NCBI GenBank assembly: GCA_030167865.1
Contig: JALAGF010006007.1
Span: 1-52,654, forward strand
Direction of reading: 5' to 3'
Length of the DNA: 52,654 bases
Origin: Craspedostauros australis
Taxonomy: Eukaryota
The stretch's first letter is position 1. Each line of letters starts with the position of its first letter. Under the pieces are notes generated by a model, which saw only the letters and a list, made by a program, of their open reading frames with translations, was not told where the DNA came from and did no database searches. Below, piece by piece: positions 12,643-25,800 of this stretch. The position numbers and the translations under genes are program-made.

Positions 12643-14035
12643 GATTCTTTGAGTGGTTGCTTCTCAGAGTTGTTGTGGATGTGCTGCGAACTCGCAATGT
12701 GATGGACTTTGTGACGCACTTTGCGATTTGAAGCTACGTCGGCTTGTCCTCTCTCTTGTTGCGCAAGTATGGTCAGGGAGCAACAGTGAGGGTAGGGCCA
12801 ATTACTCGTTTGTTGTCTGTCGGCGGAGCAAGACACTCTTCCTGTTTGTTCGTCGAGGTTGACGTCGATGTTGACGTCGATGTTGATTCGTTCCTGGCGG
12901 CTCGTGTGATTTGTGGCAGCTTTCACTGTGCGGAAGCAGGCGTTGTTGGGACAGTTCACGCAATCTTCCAAAGGGGCGTTGTCTGCCTCTTCTTGCGTTG
13001 ATGGGAAGCAGTCTTTGGTGGAACACGAGGTACTTTCCCACCGCTCAGTTCTTTCTGTTCTTTTCCTTTCGCGCTGTTGTTGTAGGCGTCGTGGTTGTTG
13101 CTGGTGTTGTGCCAAATCCCGGAGATGAGATCCTTTCTCTGTGCTTCACATGGGTCGAAATGACCGGCGCTATGATACCTGCGACACGCGACACAAGACC
13201 AACCAACCAAGAGGCAAACAAGCCCAAACCCTTGTTGGTTGCACACGAGAAACACAACATGTCTCTCTCGCGCTGCGATGGACCATCTCAACTGCTCTCT
13301 CGTGCTCGATCATTCATGTAAGAAGAACGCGTTGTTGCATTTTTAAATTGCAACCAAGAAGCGTGTGCTACTTACCCTATTCCATGCAATCTTGATGTCC
13401 AACGAACATCACCATTTGTGTCCACAACAACACAAATCGAGCAGAAGTCTATTCTTCAAACCTAGATTGATGTCGACAGAAACTCATCAGTGATTGAAAC
13501 GTGACTGATGATTTCGCGCAAGCTCATGCACGACTCCAAATCATCCAATGTCACAACCAGACCAAATCCACCACAAAATGACGAGAATGCCACACCGCGT
13601 ATCTGCGAGCGAGAGGTGGAGGCAAGCATGCCGTAGCTGATGCTGCTTCCAGAGGAGAAGTGCTCGAAGGGGACGTTCGTCGCTGGCAACAGTTGGATCA
13701 TTATCATTGACAACCACCACTCCAGAGTTTAGACTGGATGCGTGAAGTTTTCGGCGAATGTGTCCACGGCAGTTGGGCATCTACAGGACGAAGTAGTTTG
13801 TGTTCCTGGCTGTTCTGCTGTTCCAACACTTGTCCAGAGAGTGGAGTGCAGTAATCTGACACTGCAGTACATACGAGTATAGTATTTAGTTTTGAAGAGA
13901 TGAGAATTGCGCTGCCGTGCGTTCCACAAGAATCCTCTTCGTGCTTCCGTAGCTCGCACTGGTTCATACTCTGGCACCCTTCAGAGCACATCGTGCCCAC
14001 ACATCCAACACAAATATGAGTTCACCCAGTTGGCC

Positions 14036-15886
14036 CTATGCTTTCGTAGGAACTGTCGACACCACTTTCCGTATGGCCTCCAGATTCGTGCACAGGTCTT
14101 TGACGATCCTTCCTTCCACCAGTCGTACTGGCAGGTACGCCCTCGGGCTGATCTCCACGGCGTACGTCAGTCTCATAGCTTGCTTGCCGGGAGGCGCGCA
14201 GCCTGGCAACGGTTGCATCCTCCACACGCCTTGATACAAACGGAACTCGCCATCATCCTGGACGACGCTCTGCATCGATATGTCCTTCGTCGGCAGCGAC
14301 GACAAGGCGAATGGACGTGGGAAGCGATACCTCGTCAACGGGACGGTGGGGTATTCCTTAGCTCTCGTGACTCTCGACTTGCCTTCCCACATGTCATCCT
14401 TGAAGTGGGCGAAATCAGGCATCCCGTTGGGCCATTCCCGAACCTCCAACGTCGTGCGTGCGGAGAAGTTGATGCCCGCCACCTTGGCACCTCCGACTTG
14501 TTTCATTACGGCACCCTTCATCTGGTCTGCGACCTGTCGGCATTGGACTTCTTCCGGTGCTTCGGTATCGTAGGTGGCGTCCTCTGTGGCGTCGCCATCA
14601 AAGCTTTGCAGAATGTCATTGCGGACCAAATTAGGCACCACGTCCTGGAGATGGTTGTAGTCTGTCAAGATCTGCGCATAGAGTTCGAGTGCACAATACA
14701 ATACAGTACGGAAGTTGAGTTGAGCGTAAGTGTTGGAAGGACATGAAATATCCATTGGGACACGAGCAGGAAAGGAGATGACGATGCGATATTGCAGGAG
14801 TCGGAAGTGAGATCGTCGCGGAACACCAGTGTGGTAGTGGGATGCGTGCGGGACAGCGATGCCTTCATGAAGATCGATTGAGCTGTCGCAGGTACATGAC
14901 ACACAGTTGTTGACGGCAAGAAAAAACTGCAGCATATCTCCAACCATATCGTAGATCCTCGACACGATGATGGCGCAAGAGTTTCACACAGCCACACGAA
15001 TGAACTCGATACATGCATGCACGCAATGCGTACCTTCCACACGTCGTCCACAGACGCCATGATATCAATCCCTGCAAATATGCGACGTGAATTCTCCGGC
15101 GCCTTCTCCACGCGCACGACCGGCTCGCCTGGCACGAGGCAGGAATCCGGATCCAAGAACGGCGGTGCCATCTCGGTGGAATCGAAATCCAAATCTGCGA
15201 AGGCGAGCTTGGAAACATCCAGCTGATTTGAGAGTTCAGATGCTGCTTCCGACTCGATTGCCGCCGCCGCCGCCGCTGCATTGTCCACGGCATTGGTTGG
15301 CATCGCGCTGCTTGCCGTGCTGTACAAATCCAACAGCATCTTGCGTTCCGCAACTTCCTCCGCCTGTGCCACCACCGCCGACGCGCCTTCGACTTGCGCC
15401 AACGCCGCCAATTGCAAGGCCTCTGCGACCTGGATCGATTGTCGTTTGGCCTTCTCGAGTGACTCACGGGCAGCCACGAGAGATTCCTCCATCTCCGTCA
15501 GGGATTCTTCCATCGGCGCAAAGGCATCCTCGACCATGTCACGGATCAACTGACTGTCCATGGTCTGCCTGAGTTCTTCCGCGGTTCTGACATTGCTCGC
15601 GCCGCCGTTGATGGCAATGGCCGGCGCCTTGCTGACGTTGGCAGTGACGGAATCAGCAACAGCCCCACCTCCTTTTGTGTGTCCCTCTGTGGAAGTTGTG
15701 CCGCTGCTGACGGCGGCAAGTCGCTGATTGGAGATGTATGCGTCCCCCGCCTCTTCGATGGTAGCCATGGTGGCCTCCTGCAACACTTGCGCGATAGCTC
15801 TTGGCATGGGCAACAAAGATGACGGCGATGAAGCCAGGAATTTCCTTGCCAGCTCTTTGACCTTGTTGCGCTTTCCTTGCCAGCTC

Positions 15887-15922
<36 letters not shown>

Positions 15923-16236
15923 GTGGTGCCACTCACATTGGCTTCCAACGACGCGTCGTCGCTATGATTGTCCGACGATGCGCTCGTATGGCTCTGGTTC
16001 GAATTGTCGTTTGCATCATTGGGTGATGAATGCAAGGGGAATTCCCTCCGCTGCCTTCCAATACATGCATGAAAGGGCAGCGGTCCAATAGCAGGTTGAT
16101 TGGCGGCGCCACTGCTCCTTCTTGTAATGATGACTGGGACTGTCGATCTGATGGCTGGAGAACGGTCTGGCAGGAATGCATCAACAGACTGGACTGCCAT
16201 GCAACATACCACCAGCAAGAGAAGGCCGCCTTTCAT
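14036..16236 (-). CDS. Polyketide cyclase/dehydrase (START/Coq10-like SRPBCC) domain protein with a long N-terminal coiled coil, likely plastid-targeted
   Basis: Exon 1 is 16236-15034 and exon 2 is 14671-14036 (GTACGC..CAG intron). The join reads RRIFAGIDIMASVDDVWK|ILTDYNHLQDVVPNL, followed by GEFRLYQGVWRM..LTYAVEISP..LCTNLEAIR. The N-terminus MKGGLLLLVVCC..VDA-F is a signal peptide plus ASAF-like site. Confidence 0.85.
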
Positions 16237-17397
16237 GGTGCTGCTGATGCTGCTGCTCCTGCAATTGGATGCATGGTGAGCGAGAGAAGATGGCTGGCTG
16301 GCCGCCATGCCCTGCCTCTCTGATGGAGTTTGTGGAACGCAATGACGTGACGATGGCATCATCGAATTCATCCCGGACCCTGGCTCTCCTGTGCTTCCAT
16401 CCATCTTGGTGCAGGTTGACTCGAGGACTGTATTATGCTGTGGAGCCCTCTCTCTCGTCGTATGAGTAGAGAGCATTCGAAGAGAGCAGCGGGAATACGT
16501 GTATGACAGCGTCCGTCGTCTGTGGCGGAGTGGCTCTTATAATAGCTCGTGTGGTAAGTGAATTCACTGCTCGTGCGTGTCCTCATGAGCTCGAGGGGAT
16601 TTATGGGCCCAACCTGTGAGTTGCTCTGTGCGCTGAGCGTTGTGAAGGTCATCAACACACCATCGCATGCACAAGTACCTCCTGCCACAAATTGTGCAGG
16701 CAGGGTGCCCTTGTTCTGCAACAGATGGCGATCATCACGGCTCCCTCTTCTCCGTGGTGGTTGGAACACATGGTTCTTCGGTTTTGTTTGGTGTCACATG
16801 TGGAATGGCGAATTCATGAGTGACGCAACCAAATCAGTCACGACTGAGTCATGCCCCACAAGAGGTGTCAAAAGATACCTTCGACACAATTGCCACGTCC
16901 TCGTATCATACACGCCGGCTCGGCCAGGCAGTTGCATTGGGAGAGCGTGGTCGAGCGATCTATTCTTCATGTCGTGGAAGCAGCAAACTGCTGCAGAGCA
17001 TGCAATCTTAATAATACGTTATGCATCTATGGTATATCTATTTGCAGTTTCAGAAAAGGATGCGATAGATGAGCGGCCGACTCGTTTGTGGCGGTTGTGG
17101 AATTTGGTATTCAGATCAGTTTGGTGGACGATCCACCCAAAAGTGTCCACTTTCTGCCATGCCCAATCAACACGAAGACCAGCAGCAGCGACAGGAGCAT
17201 TCGAAGCATCCACGTCCGCACGGGCATGTCTGCGAGCGCAAGTGCGAGTACGGTGCTCTCTCAGACAAGCAATCTGCTTCTCGATTTTGTGCTATGCTCG
17301 CTATGTGTCGTCGTGCTGCATGATTGAATGAGCGCCCCGGATCATCACTTGCTTTCCTGTGTTGGTACAATAATGTCAGCACATATGGCACGTCCCC

Positions 17398-18470
17398 CTA
17401 CGATGCGTTGTAGATCTTTCCAACCTTGCCATACTCTTGCAACACAGCGGCGCCTTCGTTCCTCAAAACCCTCCGCTTCACCTTCACTCCGGCCGCCTCC
17501 AGCTGCTTGTACGATTCGTCGAACACCGGACCCTCGTTGAAACCGATCGCTTCCGCATCGTCCTTGGTTGCAGCGCACACGAGCTCGGACACGCCAGACC
17601 ACAGCGTCCCGCCCAAACACATCGCACATGGTTCGCAGCTGGTGTACAGCAGGTACTCCTTGCCATCAGCATCCGAACTCTCTGCGCTGCTCGTATCGCC
17701 AGCCTGCTTCATCGAGAAGGAACGCAGTTTCTTTTGTGCGTACTGAATGGCGACCATTTCCGCATGCAAGGTGGAGTTGCACAGTGGCACCACCCGATTG
17801 ACTCCAACAGAGAAGAGTCGGCATGTCCCGTCCTTCTTGCTGCGTTCGAAGATGGCGCAACCGAACGGGCCTCCCGTCTGGTTTTGGACGTTGCGATGGG
17901 ACAGCTCGATGGCAACTCGGATGCGTTCCTGATCCGATTGGAAGTCCTGTGCGGATTGCAGGGACTGTTCGTACTCGATGGCCCATTGCGGCAGCGAGAC
18001 TTGGACTCTGTGCGGTCAAACGGCGGTGAAACAGCGGTAAAGCGGCGAGGATAATTGCAACAGGACAAGCATCACAGGGATAGGGAGACACAGCGTGTTG
18101 CCAGAGAATGGATGCAGAAAGTGTGAAAATGAAGAGACGAGAATGGACAGAATTCAGCGAAACACGATGTGTGAGTAATTGGGTAGAGTGGAGTGGAGTC
18201 GAGTAGAGTGATTGTGATTCTCTCAAGCAAGCTGCTGCTGAGATGCGCTTGACGGCAACGGTTCTCATCAGCATGATGATGATCAGTTTGCACTGGCGCT
18301 GGTGCGCTGGTGTGCTCGCTCAACACGACGAGTACGCACGTTGGTTCGTCCTTCTTTGGCTTGCGCTGATTGAGACAGAGGGAGTAACCGAGATGGATGA
18401 CTGCGATCGCGGCCAGCGAGGACCCGATGACAGCGATGGACGCTGATGGTGCTGACTTGACTGTCGCCAT
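17398..18470 (-). CDS. CDA-superfamily zinc deaminase, probable guanine deaminase, with an N-terminal hydrophobic segment
   Basis: Exon 1 is 18470-18340 and exon 2 is 18007-17398 (GTGCGT..CAG, phase 2). Motifs [31 protein letters not shown] and C-terminal IYNA. Confidence 0.9.
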
Positions 18471-18653
18471 TCTCGATGTTGATGCTGTTTCTTTTCTGTT
18501 TCTTTGCCAGTTCAAGTGTTGGTGTTTTTCTTGGAGCTGGAGCTGGTGCTGTTGCTGCTGGTAGTGCTACTGATGGCAAGTGTGCCCTTCTGCTTTGATC
18601 GTTTTCTATTGCGGAGGGTGAAGAAGAAATGGAAGAAGCAAGCGGAAGCGACG

Positions 18654-18702
<49 letters not shown>
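18654..18702. repeat. (ACAGCA)n hexanucleotide microsatellite, ~8 units
   Basis: Read directly; lies just upstream of the deaminase start. Confidence 0.95.
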
Positions 18703-19667
18703 TAGCGATGTCGATGGCAATGACCGTCTTTGCGCAAGGATGTTGATCGTGAGAACAGAGGGGGGAACAAGAATTGATGTTGTTTGTGATTGGGTTCGTT
18801 CGTTGCGACGCAATCCGTTGACGTCAACGTGGGAGCAGTTCTTGTTCGGAACACCAACGAAGTAGTTGGGGAATGTCAATAATACCTTATTGTTGGTATC
18901 GAAACGAGTTCGATTGCAACAGGCAGACAGCCACCGCAATTTCCACACAAACAGCAACGTTTCAAACTGCCGCGTTCTTGTCTGTCTGCTCAATAATTGA
19001 AACAGAATTGAAAACTGAGTTGGAGTCCCTCCATGTTCGTGGGAGATCACTTCGACATCATGACCATGCATTCATTCATCCTCCTCGTTCAAACCCATCC
19101 ATCCATTGGTCAATCAATCATGTTCTTTGCTGCCTACACATCCACAACGCGCATGCACGGGAAAAATCGGGAAGACCATCAGTATTCGTGTCCATGCTAC
19201 AACTTAAAATGGAATTGTTGGCACACCCTTCAGAGTCGGCCGATGATACCGATGGTTGCGATAGTGCGTGAGACGAGATTTGGATTGGATTGCACGCATC
19301 CACCACTGTGCGAGATCGACGATACCATCCGCTGCTGCTCTGCGCTGTTCGAGTCTGCCCTGCTGATTTCGATTTGCGACGGAATATCAAGAGCACCGCA
19401 ATGCTGCAAAGACCGTCGATGATACGAGGACCATGGGTCTGCGAGTGGATGCTTAATAACTCTGAAGGCGGCATCAACAACAGCTGATTTGAGCAAGCTC
19501 TTCGGTGGACCCTCAACTTGGATGATATCGTTGATTGATGCCGTGCTGTTGATGCTTCCGGTGATTCTATGACCTTTTGCTCTTCTTGCTTCCATTGAAA
19601 TAGTCGATGAAGATCGTTATCATCCCACGCACCCGGCGGTTCGAGTCAGAGTTGTTGATCTTGACAA

Positions 19668-19675
<8 letters not shown>

Positions 19676-19698
<23 letters not shown>
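19676..19698. repeat. (CT)n microsatellite
   Basis: Read directly from the sequence. Confidence 0.9.
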
Positions 19699-21411
19699 TG
19701 CTGTCTTGGTTGAAGATGGATACGTCGCGAGTGCGGCTGAGAGTGCGACTGCGGCACTTGCTGCTGTATTGCCCAGTTCATGTCTGAGCGTTGCCGCAGC
19801 AGTCAGTCACAGCACCTGCAATATCACGTGCATCCTTCCCACCCAACCATCACAATCGTCACGACGGGACATTGCAACTGCGTCATCTTCACTGTCGTCG
19901 GTTCTGTCAGCATCGATGATCTTGCATTTCGTTCATCATTTGTCAGATCATTTCCTGTGATGTGTTGTGTTGCTTTGCGTCGCGTTGGTGATGATGTGTT
20001 CTGCGGTTGCCACCACAATCAAACATCACTGCGCACAAAAAGTGATCAGGCAGCAAACACACAGCGATCGCACAACAATAACACGTCCCGGTTCTTCATG
20101 GATTGGGAGAAGGAGGAGGGGGAGGAGAGTTGACACAGAGATCGAGCAACGTCATGGAACAAGAAGCAACCATCACAGAAGACACGCGTCGGGCGTGATC
20201 CAGGAGCGTGCATGCCGCGCTTCGTTCCAGGATTACCGACGTGGCAAAGAGCGGCAAAGTCGAGTCGAGGAGAGTGACGTGATGGAGTTGATCGCAGGAA
20301 CATCACAGGTACCAATACACGTAGAATGTCGCAGGAGAAGCACCTGTGTGTGTTGGCGAAACGGGAACAATCACAATTGCAATCACAATCACAACCATAG
20401 GCATAGGCACAGGCACAACCACAGGAACACGAACAACAGAAGGAGAAAGGTCATGGTTCTCTCTTGTGCTGGTAGCGAAGTCCACGCAGAAATGCGATCT
20501 CTCGTCGCACCTTTTAGTCATACGAGTCATTGAGTCGTCGCTTCTCAACACACCACGCAACTTGGCTCGTGCTTGCCACGAGACTGGTTTGGATACCTTT
20601 ACGGACCACGATTCTCAGTTCCACGTGGAATCAAGCTCGTGTGCGGAGCGTGGAGTCACCCGGATGACACGCGTCTGGGGCTTATGTGACGAACTCGACG
20701 AAGAGTGGCGAATACTCCGCAGCCAATCAGAGCGTTGGCGGCGCGTGTCCGGGACGCGCCCGACACCCGTGTTCGCGTGCTGTTCATGCGTCCAATTGTG
20801 ACAGTTGTTGGTCACCGAACTGTGTTAGAGTGCGTGTGGAACACGTACGCCAGCCAACGAAAACGAACCGATCCCCAAAAACAAGAACCCCTGCCACGAC
20901 CACGGCACAAGGCGCAGAAATGGCAACGGCAACAAGAACGACATCGGTTGGTGATGGCGTTCCTTCCTGAAATTGCCATCACGGCAGCAAACAAGGCGAC
21001 GCAAATACTCGGCCACGTGAGACATGAGGAGAGAGTGGAGGAGTGAGAGTGTCCGCTCCAGCTCCAATTCGCCGACCACCACCGCAATGAACCAGCGCGA
21101 AAGCCGAAACAGAAATCACAGGAAGACACGCAAATACCGAGACACACTTGCACAAGGAACAATCGACACCAACAACGCCGAAGGAATCAGAACGAGCATG
21201 ACGGTGACTGCGCTGTTCGCCTATGCCACCACAAGAGAACAAATCACCAACACCACGATCGCAGTCAACAACGACGCCGACATACGCATAGTACATCTGC
21301 CAGCACAAACAGAAGAAGCACATAGTGGCCATAACATCAGGAGCAGAAAGAGAGAGCCCACAATCCGCAACAGAATACTCGTACACCACGCACAAGACAG
21401 AGAGCACCAAG

Positions 21412-21987
21412 ATGGCGGTGAAGGCAACACAACGCAAGGTTGGAGCGCAGCGCGAGAGCAACTCCAGGAGCTCCGCAACAGCGACGAAGCAGCCCCTGCA
21501 CGCCACGTTCCCATGCGGCGCCTGCTGCTACTGCAGAGACGTGTGCGATGATCCCTCCTGCGCAGACTGCGATCGCAGCACACCAACCAATAACAACGAC
21601 AATAACAACGACAATACCATTACCAGAAGCAGCAGCAACAGCAGCAGTGCTCCTGCATCTCCTGGAGTGCGCATCGCCCCAATCTGCGGTCATGAGAAAC
21701 ACCAGGCGGAGTACACCATGTGCGAGATCAGAAGGCACAACACGGAAGATTCCTGCTGGCTGGTCGCCGGTGACACCATCTACGATGCCACAACATACAT
21801 CAGCCAGCATCCCGGTGGTTCCAACTCCATCATCAGGAAGAGCGGCGGTGCATGCGACTGTACCACTGACCTTCACTTCCATTCCAAGAGCGGACGGAAG
21901 TTGTGGAACAAGTACATCGTCGGCAAGGTCAAGCGATGCCCCTCGCAAGGCCGAGCGGACGAGAAGCATTGGTGGGTGTTCTGGTGA
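21412..21987 (+). CDS. Cytochrome b5-like heme-binding domain protein with a Cys-rich N-terminal motif
   Basis: [37 protein letters not shown], with both heme His ligands present. Start taken at ATG 21412. Confidence 0.9.
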   Translation: MAVKATQRKVGAQRESNSRSSATATKQPLHATFPCGACCYCRDVCDDPSCADCDRSTPTNNNDNNNDNTITRSSSNSSSAPASPGVRIAPICGHEKHQAEYTMCEIRRHNTEDSCWLVAGDTIYDATTYISQHPGGSNSIIRKSGGACDCTTDLHFHSKSGRKLWNKYIVGKVKRCPSQGRADEKHWWVFW

Positions 21988-22876
21988 TGAACGTGCATTG
22001 AGCAACAGCCGCACAAGCATCAGGAACAACCTCCGGATACACGCGAACGGGAGGCACCCATGTGTCTACCGTACACACAATGCCCCAGCGGCATGACGGA
22101 TCGAATCAACCGGGCCGCTCCAGAAGGACTTTTTCGTCACAAGCAACGACGAAAGCGTCTAACGCAAACATAGATAGAGAAGAGTAGAGAAGAATACAGA
22201 GATAGTGCAATGCATCAGTTCCAACCTCACAAAAACGGTGAATCTTCAAACGAACAATGTACCGTGCCCTTGGAACGTTCTGCTCTTGTATTTTCAATTC
22301 GCATTTGCGTTGGTGGTACAGTAGAGTGCTCCACATCATTGAACGCTTTAGCTGGTATGCAACGAGTGCATCACATCCATTGATCCGCATGATGCCTTCG
22401 AGGTTGTTTGTTTGTTTGTTTGCGCATCCTTTCCATCCAGGCATCCGTCTCCACATCCAGTCGTTGCCATACCTCACTCGTACTCGCACGCGGCACGATG
22501 GTGAACCATGTCAAACACGTCCCTGCCAGGACAGAGCTGAGTGCAACTCTCCAGAGACAGTCACTGCTTCAACCAATATCTTGTTGCCTTTCAGAAGCTA
22601 TCGCATGGTACTCACTCGTATATTACATTGTATTGTACGACCTAGTGTTAGGAGTCTACGACTATTGTAGAGTGGAATACAGCGCAGTAGCCAAGTTCTT
22701 CTCGTGTTCGCGCTACGAGTACTCGCAGAGAGAACCGCAGTAGGCATGGTGTCCATGCTATACTGCCGTGTGTTTGTTGTCGAGATGCGGACTCTACGAT
22801 CTACTTTATTCGATCCATGTCGCCGTGGAGTACCCGATGCACATGCCACACGCATGCTCCACTCAAACCAGACGGT

Positions 22877-25800
22877 CTAAAGCCTCCCGATGAAGCGCTG
22901 CAACGCATCGAAGCGGGCATCCACAGTGTGTGCTTCGGGCAGAGTTCGGAGTTGGGCCTTGTAAGATTCAAGCCTCCTGGAGAAAGCGCCTGTCGCAAGA
23001 GCGTCTGACAGCTGGATTGCTGCCGCATTTTCTGCGCCGTAAGCGGCCTGGTTGGCCTCTTTCACCCACCCTTCCAGCATGCCGATGATGCTGGCAAAGT
23101 GCCGCACGCGTCGATCACTCATGAGACCACCCATGACGGCATGATCCTCTCCCTCGATGATCCTGTCGTAACCATCCAAGGTCGTCATGTACGGTACACC
23201 TGCATTGATCAGCAGTGTGAAGATCCAGTCAGCGTTGTTGCTGCTGGATGGCACCGCATTTGACATCACACGGTGCAATTCTGCGTAGTGATAGGATTCC
23301 AGTTGGTGTGTGTTGGAACGTGTACATTTGGACGTGTGCAGTTTTGGCATTGATTTGGTTGCGTTGGAAGAATTCGTTGATGGAGAAACAAGGTGTCAGC
23401 CAAAACTCATGTGCACATCACATCATGTCACATCGCGTCACATCCCTTCACGTTTCATTCGTGTGACCATCGCTGCTCCACACTCGCCCATTCACATCAC
23501 AGGATGCGATTGGCAAGATAGGCATCATGATGCACACAGTAGCAACATCAACATCGATCATCATGGTGACATCCAATCAGAGCAGATGGAGATCGCACGA
23601 CGACATGACTTACTCTCCAACCAGCTCATCAGGAAGTCCACGGGGAAGATGTAGTCGGCTCCTGTGCCGAACAGCTCCTTTCCAAGGCTGCCCACCCTCC
23701 CTTCGAGCTTCTTCAGCCAGATGCCATCCTCAAACAGAGGCGTGGACCGATCGTTCGCTACGGCGCCGCCATCGAGCAGACGAATGGCAGGTTCGTTCGT
23801 GTGCGAGCCTTCCGCCAGCTCTCGTAGCACCATGAAGATGCCGTCGTCGCGCGTGTTGCATGGCATGATCTCTTCGCACAACACGCTCTTCCACAGCTCC
23901 TCAATCGTTTCTCGTTCGTCGTGACGGCATGTGTGAAGGATGATAAGGCAGATATCGTACATATCCAACGGTGCAGCGTACTTGTTGTACAGATCGGAAA
24001 CCGCCACGAGGGTGAATGAGAGCTGATTCAAGTCCTCTGGCGGCAGTTCGTACTTAGAATTCTGTGCGCGGTGCAAAATCCTGCTTTGGATTCTCGTGAC
24101 GGACAAAGTCTCGCGCACGCTGAGCTCGTTGCGGGCAACCTCCTCGCGGTTGTGATGGGCAGGGAGCGACCCGGATGCATTCCATTGCATAGCTCCGTAG
24201 GATTGATCCGCACTCTGCATGGCCATGCCGAACGCATCCCCCGCACGGACCAGGTACTCAATACGGGAATTGAGATGGATGTCGTCGGTCTGAGACGTAG
24301 CCACCTTCCATGCCTGTTCGCCTGCCTGAAAGTGCTTGCCTTGGATGATGTAGTAGTTCCACAACAGATCGCTTTGAGACGAAGTCGCAGCGCACTCCTG
24401 CAACCACTTCTCCAGGTCTGGACTGTCAATGCGCAGCAATGTGTCCTTGTGATTGATGTCGACCATGTGAGCGAAGAATGCGTGCAAGAACTCCTTGTCG
24501 TTGACGGCTGCGCATGCAGATATCATGTTTTCTCCATGGACCTTGTGCGGGGATTCCAGAAGCTGCGTGAGATGATGGAAGATCAATGCGTGGCACGTCT
24601 TGATGGCATCCTTGCTGGTCACAGTGAGGCCCAAGGCAAGGGCAGTCGAGCTTGACGGAGATGAGGTGCTGCTTCCCGTCGTCATCGCAGAGCCACCGTC
24701 GTCGTTGCTATCTCTTTTCTTGTGGTACAACCCATGTTCCCACGACATCACATCGCCATCGCTGTCGTTTCCAATCATTAATTCCGAGGAGTCGGATGCG
24801 TAGCGCAATGTACCCTGCGAGAAGTTGCCAGCCGTGCGGATGCAAATCGTCACAGCCGCGGCGACTTCACCAAGCTCCACCAACAAAGCCACAGCGTTTG
24901 CCAGAGGGCTGTCGAAGCGAAGTGCGTTCTCCGCGATCTCTCTGTAGCTCTCACGTTCCTTGCTGTGCAGGATGCGACCAGTGATCAGCGGCGCGCTGTG
25001 CCAATTTCTGGATGCCTGCATGAATGCACCGATCGCCTCCTTGGCACAGGCCACGCGTCTCGTCGTGTTCGATGGGCAAGCCAGGGCTTCGGCGGCTGCC
25101 CTGAATCCGGAATAGGAATATCTCGACCCACGAGAGAAGAAGTGGAAGCACTCGGAGGAAAGTAGTTCGGCAAGCTGCGTTGCATGCGCGGAAGGAGCTG
25201 CCCCCGCCGTTCCCGGGTTGGCGTTCGTGGGAGTCATCAGACCGTTGAGCACAGTCTCCAAACGTTCCTGTCCGCCGCGTGTCTCCACCAGCTGCGCGAA
25301 TGAAACCCCGTGGAGGACTCCCCATTCCACCTCCGGCAATTCCTGCAGCGTCTGAGCACGGCGCAAGTGCACCAACAAGTTGAACAGCTGGATCGTTCTG
25401 GAGATGAGGCGGTAGTAGCAGTGGATGATTCGTTCCTCCAACATCCTCGCGATCTCTTCCGCCTCCGCGGAACGCAGCTGCGCAACTCCTCCCGAACCAG
25501 TACGTGAATGCACCTGGTACTCCAACGCTCTGGTCAAGAAGTGGTCTTGACCTCCCATCGCGTTCTCATCGGTCTCCATGGTATCGTTGGAAGGCGCGCC
25601 TGGCACCGCCTCGATGGCGCGGGTGAAGGCCTTGCGCATGAGTGTTCTCAGTGCGATCAGCGGCTGTCGAATCTCATCGATCGTTTCATTGTCCAGCAAC
25701 AGCTCGACCTTGGCCGGCGAGATCTGCGACTTGATGGACATGGAACGACGGATGATACGCCCCTCCGTGACGACGACAGCCGGCTTGTTCCAGACAGGTC

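Noticed and set aside
12700..13800. Several short overlapping ORFs and a GTAAGT donor between the peptidase and START genes
   Set aside because: No consistent exon chain or recognisable protein could be assembled.
16558..17331. 257-aa + strand ORF
   Set aside because: It has a non-ATG start, Cys/Trp/Arg-rich random-like composition and no motif.
19000..21400. ORFs of 100-190 aa and drifting hexamer repeats between the deaminase and cytochrome b5 genes
   Set aside because: The sequence is low-complexity and microsatellite-derived, with no family signature.
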